From the NCBI GenBank assembly GCA_964412835.1, contig CAYPQJ010000002.1, positions 2,006-66,005 of the forward strand: DNA of 64,000 bases, read 5' to 3'. The notes beneath the pieces are model-generated. The model did no database searches, was not told where the DNA came from, and was given only the letters and a program-made list of their open reading frames with translations. This DNA is from an uncultured Desulfobacteraceae bacterium. Its GTDB lineage: Bacteria > Desulfobacterota > DSM-4660 > Desulfatiglandales > Desulfatiglandaceae. Positions within the stretch are counted from its first letter, which is position 1. Each line of letters starts with the position of its first letter. A program made the position numbers and the translations under genes. Shown in pieces: positions 28,417 through 36,608 of the stretch.

Positions 28417-28650
28417 ATGGTAGCCATGTCTTTAACCTCGCTTAGAGGGAAACTGTTTAAAGTTGTGGACGAAGTGATCCGGACCGGCATACCGGCGGAG
28501 ATTGAGCGGAAAGGGCAGCGGGTCAAGATTGTTCCCGAAACAAAAAAAAGCAAACTGGACAATCTAAAACCTCATGACTGTATTGTCGGCGATCCGGATG
28601 ACCTGATTGCATTGAAGGTAGCCCCATGGCACGAACCCGACCATCTGTAG
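28417..28650 (+). CDS. Type II antitoxin, Phd/YefM family
   Basis: MVAMSLTSLRGKLFKVVDEVIRTGIPAEIERKGQRVKIVP... ATG 28417 lies 8 nt after AAGGAG. The upstream 57 codons of the track ORF lie in AT-rich promoter DNA. Confidence 0.75.
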   Translation: MVAMSLTSLRGKLFKVVDEVIRTGIPAEIERKGQRVKIVPETKKSKLDNLKPHDCIVGDPDDLIALKVAPWHEPDHL

Positions 28651-29021
28651 TCTACATGGATACGCATATCGTGGTTTGGCTTTACGCGGGGTTGACGGAA
28701 AAACTGTCCGAAAAAGCAAAATTCGCAATCGAAGAATACCAGGTCCTGATTTCTCAACCGGTCAAATTGGAATTGCAGTATCTATTTGAAATAAAACGAA
28801 TAAAGAACAGGCCTTTAACCCTTATTAACAGCTTGTCAAAGTCGATCGATCTCAGGGTTTCGGACTGTCCCTTTCATAAGATTGTGGATGTCGCGCTCAA
28901 GATATCCTGGACCAGAGATGTCTTCGATCGATTGCTCACCGCCGAGGCTATCGCTGAAAATGCGGGCTTCATTACCGCCGACAGAGAAATCAGGAAGAAT
29001 CTCAAACAGGCCATTTGGTAG
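28626..29021 (+). CDS. vapC: PIN-domain toxin (VapC-like)
   Basis: YMDTHIVVWLYAG..., WTRDVFDRLLTAEAIAENAGFITADREI (acidic PIN residues). An alternative start, ATG 28656, lies 5 nt after the antitoxin stop. Confidence 0.8.
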   Translation: MARTRPSVVYMDTHIVVWLYAGLTEKLSEKAKFAIEEYQVLISQPVKLELQYLFEIKRIKNRPLTLINSLSKSIDLRVSDCPFHKIVDVALKISWTRDVFDRLLTAEAIAENAGFITADREIRKNLKQAIW

Positions 29022-29137
29022 TCCCATTCATCTTTCCCACAACCTTTAATGAAACTAAGGGCTCGCGCAAAGATATTTGAAATTTGCTTTTTCATGAATT
29101 TAGAATTGGGTGAAAATCAATTCCACGGGAAGCTGAA

Positions 29138-30265
29138 TCACCCGGCGGCCAGAAACCTGTCCACCTTGGATTTGATCAGCATGGAGATAAGTTTGCCTGA
29201 GCCCAGTTTACCGCGAGCCTTTCCCAGTTGAATGGCCGCCTGCACCATGTCCCTGGGAACCTTCATCTGTTCGGATTCAGGTCTGCGGATCAGGGTTAAA
29301 GCGTCGGCAGGACAGGTGGAGACGCAAAGCCCGCAGCCAATGCAACGGTCCCTGTCAAGAACCACGTGATCCATTTCAATTCGCAACGCTTCCATCTGGC
29401 ATCGATCAAGACAGGTTTCACAACCGATGCAGGCATCGGGATTGGTCGTGACAACAAAGGCTGCGGCAGCCATGCTCGCGGGTTTTTCATGGCGCTTGTA
29501 TGCTTTCAGCACTTGGCAGCAGCAACCGCAGCAGCAGCAAATATTCAGAAGTTCCCGGGTATTGCCCGGCTGAAGCACCAGACCGGCCTCATTGGCCCTT
29601 TCAAGGATATCCAATGCTTCCTGTTGGTCGATGACCCTGCCGATACCGTTTCGCTGGTAATAGTCAGCCCCAACGCCGAATACGAGGCAAGATTCCTCCG
29701 GTTTATCGCAACCGTGACCGGTTATCGTTTGTTCTCTCCGGCAAATACACGGTGCTACCAAAATTTTGTCCTGTGTTCCCACCATTTCCTCGGCTTTCTC
29801 ATAGGGAAGGACCTCGGTGTGAACGCTGATACTACGGCCTACGGGGATCGTGCGCAATTGGGGCACTTTCCAGGCTTCTTCCGAAAGCATGGGGACATAC
29901 GCGTTCATGTCCCGGATGAGTTCCGGGTCCAGGCTGTTTACGTGGAATTCCCAAATGCCGATAACGTATTGGGCGGCCATATATTGAAACGGTTTTCCGG
30001 CACGTCGGGGCGCCATTCTCAAAATGAGCCCCTGTTTGGCCATTTCCTCAAGGCGGCAGGCGGTATCCGCCACATCGCTCCCGGCACGTCCGGCAACCAC
30101 ACAGGGTTCTTCCGCAATGAGGGTGAGGTGCAAGGCAAGCGCCGCCTGCTCGGGGGAAAATAGACGCCGAAGTATCCGTAGCTCCACACCGCTTTCAGTC
30201 GGGGGAAAACCTCCCGGAAGGTTGTCCAGGTGCCGTGCCAATTTTTGGTAGATTTTTTCAGTCAT
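29138..30265 (-). CDS. 4Fe-4S dicluster protein with N-terminal winged-helix-like region and a CCCCGCCC cysteine run
   Basis: CIGCETCLDRCQMEAL and CIGCGLCVSTCPADAL ferredoxin motifs. N-terminus KLARHLDNLPGGFPPTESGVELRILRRLF. Central NICCCCGCCCQ. Confidence 0.75.
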   Translation of the reverse strand: MTEKIYQKLARHLDNLPGGFPPTESGVELRILRRLFSPEQAALALHLTLIAEEPCVVAGRAGSDVADTACRLEEMAKQGLILRMAPRRAGKPFQYMAAQYVIGIWEFHVNSLDPELIRDMNAYVPMLSEEAWKVPQLRTIPVGRSISVHTEVLPYEKAEEMVGTQDKILVAPCICRREQTITGHGCDKPEESCLVFGVGADYYQRNGIGRVIDQQEALDILERANEAGLVLQPGNTRELLNICCCCGCCCQVLKAYKRHEKPASMAAAAFVVTTNPDACIGCETCLDRCQMEALRIEMDHVVLDRDRCIGCGLCVSTCPADALTLIRRPESEQMKVPRDMVQAAIQLGKARGKLGSGKLISMLIKSKVDRFLAAG

Positions 30266-30366
30266 TCAATTTTCTTTATGGTCGGCAGAGGTTATGGTAC
30301 GAGAAATCAAATAGCAAATACGGTGGGACAGATGAGCAGTGTGCGGACCCGTAAGCGCGGTTCTGT

Positions 30367-30400
30367 GGGCAGATGGGGGCTTTTATAGCCCCTTCTGCCC
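30367..30400 (-). terminator. Strong GC hairpin between the SYLF and Fe-S genes (no U-tract)
   Basis: GGGCAGA (30367-30373) pairs with TCTGCCC (30394-30400), with an inner stem GGGGC (30376-30380)/GCCCC (30388-30392). Its role as a terminator is uncertain. Confidence 0.3.
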
Positions 30401-30557
30401 GATCGAAAGAGTTTAATGCGTAAAGACGAGGATGTTCTCCAACAGTCGTGATTTACACCCCCCGGAAAATTGAGTCTTAGAAAATTCCCGATGCACGCGC
30501 AAGTAACAGCATATTCTGCTGAGCAGGTTGGGAAAGGTGTCCTTTTGAGTGAAACCG

Positions 30558-31268
30558 CTATTTGGCGGCAGAAGCTTTGTCGACCGCTGTGATCAGACCA
30601 TAAGCCCCTTTATTTACAGCATTGTGCTTCACCAAAATATCCGTTGGGTTTACCTTCTTGCCGTAATAGGCATCGTTCAGACTGCCTCTGACTCCCACCA
30701 CGGCACCATCCACAGACACGCCTCCGAAGAGCCCTTTGCTGCGTGAAAAGCTTAAGATATCCGCACTGAGATTGGCCGTGGCAGCCGCAGCCCCGACTCC
30801 AACCGGACCAACGGCAATCGAGCCATCCACGCCCAGTTTAAAGTTGTTCGACAAAAAGGCCGTGACTCCGCGATCGGTCATGGCTAACAGAATCACTTCA
30901 GAGGCGGATCCTCCGATCTGTAAGCCGAAACTTGCCTCACCCATGGTGTAAAAGGCGGGGCCAAACCACTTATTGGTCTTTTTGTCGCGCGCTAAAAACA
31001 CCCCGCTCCCTCCGGATGCGCCCACGATAAAGGCTCCTTTAAGGACCGAAGGCGAAATGAAAACCCCTTTCGCCTTTTTTATCAGATCACGAAAACCGCC
31101 CATTTCCTTCCCGGTTTCGAAACTGTTGAAACTCATCTTGGCTTTTTCCACCAGATTCTGTGCATCAGTCGCATCATCTGCCAGGACAGGTACTGCGCCG
31201 ACCAGAAGAAACATCCCTGCTAACAATACTGCCATTGGTGCAAGAAAAACCTTCGACAACGATTTCAT
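30558..31268 (-). CDS. Secreted SYLF (Ysc84/DUF500) lipid-binding domain protein
   Basis: Signal peptide MKSLSKVFLAPMAVLLAGMFLLVGAVPVLA. SYLF-like body (GVFISPSVLKGAFIVGASGGSGVFLARD...FGLQIGG...GVDGSIAVGPVG). ATG 31268 lies 8 nt after AGGAGG. Confidence 0.75.
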   Translation of the reverse strand: MKSLSKVFLAPMAVLLAGMFLLVGAVPVLADDATDAQNLVEKAKMSFNSFETGKEMGGFRDLIKKAKGVFISPSVLKGAFIVGASGGSGVFLARDKKTNKWFGPAFYTMGEASFGLQIGGSASEVILLAMTDRGVTAFLSNNFKLGVDGSIAVGPVGVGAAAATANLSADILSFSRSKGLFGGVSVDGAVVGVRGSLNDAYYGKKVNPTDILVKHNAVNKGAYGLITAVDKASAAK

Positions 31269-31704
31269 CTCCATTACCTCCTTTTTCGTTTTCATGAATC
31301 TTCTCAGCCGATCATATTTCAGCTCACGCACCATGGTGAGGCGAAAAGATTCAGTTTTTAGTTGCTTAACATAAGCGCATTAGTCTTGCGAGTCAAGAAA
31401 AAGTGGAGAGTAGGCCGATGGGATTGTTTCAATCATTCCCAATCCCAGAGTTCGGAGAAAATCTCTCTGATCTGATTTAACTATCTGAAATGATTTGCAT
31501 CTCTTTATTCAAATGGGTTAAAAGTCATTTTCGAGCCAATTGCAACACACCCCCTTTTTCTCGATCTCTGCGGCAGTCTCACCCGTTCTTAATAAAATGG
31601 GTTAATCCTCTGAATATTAAATATATTCCCGGGGTTAAAATTTTCGCCTTCCTTGATATCGAACAAAATTGAACATTTTGAAATTGGCTCTTTCAATTGG
31701 AATA

Positions 31705-31719
31705 ATCCCGGAAACCGGG
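31705..31719 (-). terminator. Short hairpin after the glycine-zipper gene
   Basis: TCCCGG-AAA-CCGGGA is a perfect 6-bp stem 6 nt after the stop at 31725. On the - strand it is followed by UUAUU. Confidence 0.45.
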
Positions 31720-31724
31720 AAAAT

Positions 31725-31997
31725 CTATTGTCTCTGCTTACCCGCGTTATACCCCTGTTGATACGCACTCTTCTCCGATTCCTTATGCTTACCATAGAGA
31801 TACCCGCCTCCGGCGCCGACCGCACCACCGATGGCGGCGCCCAGGCCCGCATTTCCGGCAATGGCGCCGATAATGGCACCACCGGCAGCGCCCATGGCGC
31901 CGCCGCTGAGGGTCCTCTGTCCCGTATCGCTCATTCCCGCACATCCACCCAGTACGAGGCAGGTAGCAATCATCAATGCAATTACAGTTTTCGTCAT
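31725..31997 (-). CDS. Glycine-zipper lipoprotein (YMGG/Rick 17 kDa-like)
   Basis: Lipobox MTKTVIALMIATCLVLGGCAG. Gly-zipper GGAMGAAGGAIIGAIAGNAGLGAAIGGAVGAGGGY. ATG 31997 is preceded by GAGGAG. Confidence 0.7.
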   Translation of the reverse strand: MTKTVIALMIATCLVLGGCAGMSDTGQRTLSGGAMGAAGGAIIGAIAGNAGLGAAIGGAVGAGGGYLYGKHKESEKSAYQQGYNAGKQRQ

Positions 31998-32025
31998 TTC
32001 AATCTCCTCTCTCATGTGGGTTAAT

Positions 32026-32412
32026 TCAGGGTTTACAGGGGTACGTCTCGATGAGGAAGCGGAACCACGTCTCAACGGGTTCATCTTCCATGTATTGCGG
32101 ATGTTTTTTTACCCAATCCATGAACATTTTCCCCACTTTGGATCGCGGCGGCGGCGGATCGGGGGGGCAGACCATGGGGTTTCCTTTCGGACCCGCATTT
32201 TCCGCCACATGATAGTGATAGGCCCCCACCAGGAAACCGACGCAGAAACTGACGGCTTCCCTCTGGAGTGGATCGCTGCTGGGTGCGGTACACAGCTCCA
32301 CCAGATCTCCCGTGGTGTCAAGTTCAAAATCGTCCTCCGATACGGCACCCGCCCATCCCGGAGCACACAAAAGCGCAACGAGTACCAGAAACATCCATTT
32401 CCCTCTCATCAT
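32026..32412 (-). CDS. Small secreted protein, Rap1a/Tai4-like fold suspected
   Basis: Signal peptide MMRGKWMFLVLVALLCAPGWAGA. The pattern C-x-G-F-L-x-G ... C-P-P ... HPQYM ... YPC resembles Rap1a/Tai4 periplasmic proteins. This call is by eye only. Confidence 0.45.
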   Translation of the reverse strand: MMRGKWMFLVLVALLCAPGWAGAVSEDDFELDTTGDLVELCTAPSSDPLQREAVSFCVGFLVGAYHYHVAENAGPKGNPMVCPPDPPPPRSKVGKMFMDWVKKHPQYMEDEPVETWFRFLIETYPCKP

Positions 32413-32599
32413 AAATTCCTCCTTTCATGGTCTAAGGTCGGCGGGACGTTTTGCTGAAAAATATTTTCTCCGACCGACCCATGGTTTACCGTTAATGCCG
32501 GAAAAGAATCGCTTTCTTCAACCACATAGGCTTTGAAGGAATGGTTTGTCAAGACAATATCCTTTCCCAAAATCGTTCAAAGGGTACAGGGGAGAATTG

Positions 32600-33517
32600 T
32601 CAGGGGGCAGGATGAAAAAGGTCCTGCAATGCACTCAAAAGATCAGGGTATTGAAACTGAAACCCCGCCTTCAGCAACTTTTCGGGAACGACCCGCTGAC
32701 CTTTGAGCAACACATTACCGAATTCCCCTTTGACCATACGGATCACAAAACCCGGCACAGAGGGCATGAACGTGGGTTTTTCGAGAACTTTCCCCAGAAC
32801 GTGCGTCAACTCTTGATTTCGAACAGGCCCAGGCGCCGTGCAGTTGAACGGCCCCGAAAGATCTTCCCGTTCCATGAGGAACAAAAAGATACGCACCAGA
32901 TCCATCTGATGAATCCAGGAAAACCATTGTTTTCCACTGCCCAACGGGCTCCCGAGGCCTTTATTAAAAACCGGAATCATTTCACCCAGGGCGCCACCGC
33001 CCGATCCCAGAACGATACCGAAACGACACCGCACCACCCGGACACCCAGCGCTTCAGCCTTTAGGGCCATCTCCTCCCATTCTCTGGCCACGGACGCCAG
33101 AAAATCGTTTCCAGGGGAACTTTCCTCGTTCAAAGTTTCATCCCCGTGAAACCCGTAGTACCCCACCGCAGACGTACTCAAAAGCGTCGTTTTCATGCCG
33201 TTTCGAGACGCGAGGGCCTCGACCAGATTCGTGGTGGTCTGAATCCGGCTGTCAAGAATACGGCGCTTTTCCGCTTCGGTCCAGCGCCTGAAAATGGAAG
33301 CCCCGGCCAGGTTGATAAGGACCTCATGATCCGCCACTTTTTCCTGCCAGGCGCCCCGCTCCATTGGATTCCCTTCAACCATGGAAACGCCTTCGGGCGT
33401 AAGGCGGTTTTTACGAATTTTCCGTGTTAACAGGGTTACCGTGTGTCCCTGTGTTATCAGACTTTTCGTGAGCATGGACCCCACAAAACCGGTGCCGCCG
33501 GTTACAAAAACCCGCAT
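32600..33517 (-). CDS. TIGR01777/YfcH-type NAD-dependent epimerase/dehydratase family protein (DUF1731 C-terminus)
   Basis: MRVFVTGGTGFVGSMLTKSL Rossmann start, GKQWFSWIHQMDL, and C-terminal PEKLLKAGFQFQYPDL. The track ORF extends 76 codons upstream into the neighbouring gene. Confidence 0.8.
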   Translation of the reverse strand: MRVFVTGGTGFVGSMLTKSLITQGHTVTLLTRKIRKNRLTPEGVSMVEGNPMERGAWQEKVADHEVLINLAGASIFRRWTEAEKRRILDSRIQTTTNLVEALASRNGMKTTLLSTSAVGYYGFHGDETLNEESSPGNDFLASVAREWEEMALKAEALGVRVVRCRFGIVLGSGGGALGEMIPVFNKGLGSPLGSGKQWFSWIHQMDLVRIFLFLMEREDLSGPFNCTAPGPVRNQELTHVLGKVLEKPTFMPSVPGFVIRMVKGEFGNVLLKGQRVVPEKLLKAGFQFQYPDLLSALQDLFHPAP

Positions 33518-33536
33518 GGTAGATTTCCCCTGATAA

Positions 33537-33926
33537 TTAATCACCCCCGCTGCCGATGAGCGACAGGGCCTTGTCGATCTTAAAAAAAACCAGAAAACGG
33601 GGCTTACCCTCTTCTTTTTCTGAGGCATATTTTCGGTTCCGCAGGGTAAACAAAAGCTCAGAGTCCTGCTCTTCCCCCGTCTTGGTGAGAAAAAGCCTTT
33701 TGCCCTTGTAACCCGGCCCCTCTTCCATAAACAGATAAGCGGCACCGTCGTTGCTTTGAAGATTGTGGTGGGTCAGGCGGTCCGCCATGATAAATGCCGC
33801 AGTGCCGTCTTCCAGAAAGTGAGGTTTGGCAAAAACCGCCATATCCACTTTCCCTTCTCCATCCGCTGTTGCGAGGATGCCCTTCCCTTTCGTCCCTTCA
33901 AAATAGTCTTTCAACGCCATCTTCAT
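33537..33926 (-). CDS. Pyridoxamine 5'-phosphate oxidase-like FMN-binding split-barrel protein
   Basis: 129 aa. KGKGILATADGEGKVDMAVFAKPHFLEDGTAAFIMADRLTHHNL... is typical of small PNPOx-family proteins. Confidence 0.55.
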   Translation of the reverse strand: MKMALKDYFEGTKGKGILATADGEGKVDMAVFAKPHFLEDGTAAFIMADRLTHHNLQSNDGAAYLFMEEGPGYKGKRLFLTKTGEEQDSELLFTLRNRKYASEKEEGKPRFLVFFKIDKALSLIGSGGD

Positions 33927-34158
33927 CTCCTTATTTTTACATCAAAACGCCACTGATCCCCTTCAAACCGATCCCTGTCATTCAGAAAAAGACCCTTTTT
34001 TTCCGTAAACGTATCAAATATAGGGTGGAATGCTTCACAGGTCAAGCGGCTTGCGGACTGGTATCGCCTATCCAGTGCCCTTCCACAAATGGCCAAGAGG
34101 TTCATCCCGCTATGACCGGCACCCGGTAACCGCTGAGGCGACTTTTCCAAAGATCAGC

Positions 34159-34929
34159 CTACATCTGCTTGAACAGGTGCATGCAGGATCGGCTGATGGT
34201 TAAGGATTCGGGCACATCTTTCAATCGGATGACCCCACGCCCCGTCACGGATCGGCTCACACCGGAAATGCACCTGACATTGACAAGGGTTCCTCGATGG
34301 ATTTGCCAGAAAATATCCGGATCCAGCTGCGCTGAAAGGTTTTTAATGGACCGTTTGATGAGGGATTCCCCCGTTACGGTCCGCACAAGGGTATACTTGT
34401 CGCTCGCCTTGAAATAGCAAACATCATCCACTGAAATAAGCTGAATACGGTTCCCCTCCTGCACCTTGACCCATCGAAGACAGGTCTTCCGGTGGTCCTT
34501 GCCGGTGATCCCCGCTAACATTCGCTCAATGGCCGCCAGACTTTCCGTTGAAGGCGTTACGGATTTATGCAGGGTTTCCTTGAGCCTCAGAACGGTTTTT
34601 TCCAGTCTTTCCCGGGTAACCGGTTTCAGCAGGTAATCAACCGCTTCCGTTTCAAAGGCCTCCACAGCATACTGATCATAAGCAGTGACAAAAACCACCC
34701 GGCAGAAACCGATAATTTTTTTGGCCACCGCCATTCCCGAAAGCCCCGGCATACGGATATCCAGGAAGGCCACATGGGGACGTAACCGTTGAATCAATTC
34801 CAGAGCCGCCACCCCATTTTCCGCCGCACCGAGAATATGAAGCTCCGGCCAAACCATAGTGAGCTTTTTCAGCAGATAATTGCGAAGTTCCTCTTCGTCT
34901 TCAGCGATGATCGCGGTTGTTTGTGTCAT
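34159..34929 (-). CDS. LytR/AlgR-family response regulator (receiver + LytTR)
   Basis: AIIAEDEEELRNYL...VAFLDIRMPGLSG, followed by LytTR (ISVDDVCYFKASDKYTLVRT..., FWQIHRGTLVNV). ATG 34929 overlaps the kinase 3' end. Confidence 0.85.
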   Translation of the reverse strand: MTQTTAIIAEDEEELRNYLLKKLTMVWPELHILGAAENGVAALELIQRLRPHVAFLDIRMPGLSGMAVAKKIIGFCRVVFVTAYDQYAVEAFETEAVDYLLKPVTRERLEKTVLRLKETLHKSVTPSTESLAAIERMLAGITGKDHRKTCLRWVKVQEGNRIQLISVDDVCYFKASDKYTLVRTVTGESLIKRSIKNLSAQLDPDIFWQIHRGTLVNVRCISGVSRSVTGRGVIRLKDVPESLTISRSCMHLFKQM

Positions 34930-35977
34930 ATGGCATCTCAATGGTTGCTTTCAACCCTCTGGGTTGGTTTTCCGACAGGGTCAAACGGGCCTTATCACCG
35001 TAAAGGCTTTTCAATCGGTCCCGGATGCTGCAAAGCCCGAAACCGGCATCGCCGAATTCGTCAAACCCCTGGCCCGTGTCCGTTACCGATATTTTTAACC
35101 CTCCGTTTTCCCTGACCGCTGTAATGGCGACAATTCCGCCTTCCGTGGCCGGTTCAAGCCCATGCTTCAAGGCGTTTTCCACCAGAGGCTGTACCAGCAT
35201 GGGAGGAATGACGTGGGCCTTTACGTCATCCGGAATCCGGAAGTGATATTCAAGACGGTCGCCCATGCGAATTTTCCAGATGTTCAGATAAGCGCGAATC
35301 ATCTCCATTTCCTGATGAAGGGTGGTGTTTTCAGCCCTGGTTTTTGAGAGTGACACCCTTAGATAGTGGATGAGATCCGTCAACATAAGCCCGGCTTTTT
35401 TCGCATCCGTATCCAGCAGGGTCAATACCGTGCTCAGGCTGTTAAACAGGAAATGGGGTTCAATCTGGGCCTGAAGCATTTTGAGATGGGCTTCAAGAGC
35501 AGTTTTTTCACTGTCAAGCCGTTTGATACGCTCATCCTGCATCTGCCGTCTGGTTTCGGAAATCCGTTCCTGGGAAAAGAAAAAGTAGGTAATAATGGCG
35601 CCAAAGAGAATACCGATGGAAACCAACTGAAAAAAGAAAGTCGCTTTACCCTGAAACACCGCTTCCAGTGGAAAACCCGCAATGGCTGCGCCCAAAAGCG
35701 ACCCCAAAGCAGCGCCTGCACCCATGGCGACCAGAATCATGAAAAAATGTCTCATCCGAGTGCTGGTGTCCACCAGAAAATGCCCGGCCAGAATAGCGCC
35801 ACAGATGGACAGCCCGATGCATTGGGCGACAATGAGATTGACCGCAAAACCTTTCCCGTATTCCAGATGGGTCAAAAACAGGGCGATAACGGTGTTAAAC
35901 AGGGCCGTCAGCAAAAGTGATTTAACGACGCGCTTTCGGTCCATCACGAGGCCCGGCATGTGGGCGCAGCCGAACAT
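34901..35977 (-). CDS. LytS/YehU-type sensor histidine kinase
   Basis: Multi-TM N-terminus. His_kinase box LQAQIEPHFLFNSLSTV. HATPase PPMLVQPLVENALKHG...DTGQGFD. Confidence 0.85.
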   Translation of the reverse strand: MFGCAHMPGLVMDRKRVVKSLLLTALFNTVIALFLTHLEYGKGFAVNLIVAQCIGLSICGAILAGHFLVDTSTRMRHFFMILVAMGAGAALGSLLGAAIAGFPLEAVFQGKATFFFQLVSIGILFGAIITYFFFSQERISETRRQMQDERIKRLDSEKTALEAHLKMLQAQIEPHFLFNSLSTVLTLLDTDAKKAGLMLTDLIHYLRVSLSKTRAENTTLHQEMEMIRAYLNIWKIRMGDRLEYHFRIPDDVKAHVIPPMLVQPLVENALKHGLEPATEGGIVAITAVRENGGLKISVTDTGQGFDEFGDAGFGLCSIRDRLKSLYGDKARLTLSENQPRGLKATIEMPYDTNNRDHR

Positions 35978-36045
35978 GGTTTCCCCTTATGTGATCACTG
36001 GATAATAGAGTTGATTGTATAAAATTGTAAATATACCTTTAAACT

Positions 36046-36564
36046 TCAAATAAGAAAAGGAAGATAACGTTTGGTTTTCCCCTGATACCTGAGATAATCA
36101 TCCCCGAATTTTTCCATATTTTCATTTTCCTCAATCCGGGAAGCCAGAAGGAGAAAAATAAACGCGACGCCAAATGCCAGGATAGCGCCGGAAGACAGAT
36201 GGTTTAACAGAAAGGCCAGTGCCAGCAGCATCAAACTGGTATAGAGCGGATGACGGATCCACCCGAAAATACCACGTTCAATCAATCGGGTGGTATCTTC
36301 CCAATCTTTTTGGGGTTGTCCGTACCGTTTCAATCCATAAAACCCGGAGATGGCCACCAGCCCGGAACAGAGCAGGAGGACTCCTGAAAGATACTGAATG
36401 CCGTTAAAAGGCCCATTCAGATGGATGTTGAGATACCCCAAAACCAGAAGCGCTTCAAACGCAAAAAACATGTAAAACCCGTGGCTTTCAGGTCGGCGCA
36501 ATTCGGTTCTGAATTTCAAGAAAATCAGAAGCGCAATGCATGGGAAAATAATATTTTTAATCAA
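36046..36564 (-). CDS. Isoprenylcysteine carboxyl / phospholipid methyltransferase-family membrane protein
   Basis: Polytopic 172 aa protein with GIFGWIRHPLYTSLMLLALAFLL and a C-terminal EE..L...FGDDY motif. Confidence 0.7.
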   Translation of the reverse strand: MIKNIIFPCIALLIFLKFRTELRRPESHGFYMFFAFEALLVLGYLNIHLNGPFNGIQYLSGVLLLCSGLVAISGFYGLKRYGQPQKDWEDTTRLIERGIFGWIRHPLYTSLMLLALAFLLNHLSSGAILAFGVAFIFLLLASRIEENENMEKFGDDYLRYQGKTKRYLPFLI

Positions 36565-36608
36565 ATTGTTATCCTCCTTTCTTAACCTAACTTATCGGGA
36601 TATATCTC

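Noticed and set aside
29022-29137. Weak AT-rich hairpin GCAAA...TTTGC plus T5 after vapC.
   Set aside because: The stem is only 5 bp and AT-rich, which is insufficient to call a terminator.
33923-34150. 75-codon - strand ORF in the gap between the PNPOx-like and LytTR genes.
   Set aside because: No RBS and no recognisable motif, and an equally long ORF exists on the opposite strand. Probably non-coding promoter/leader DNA.
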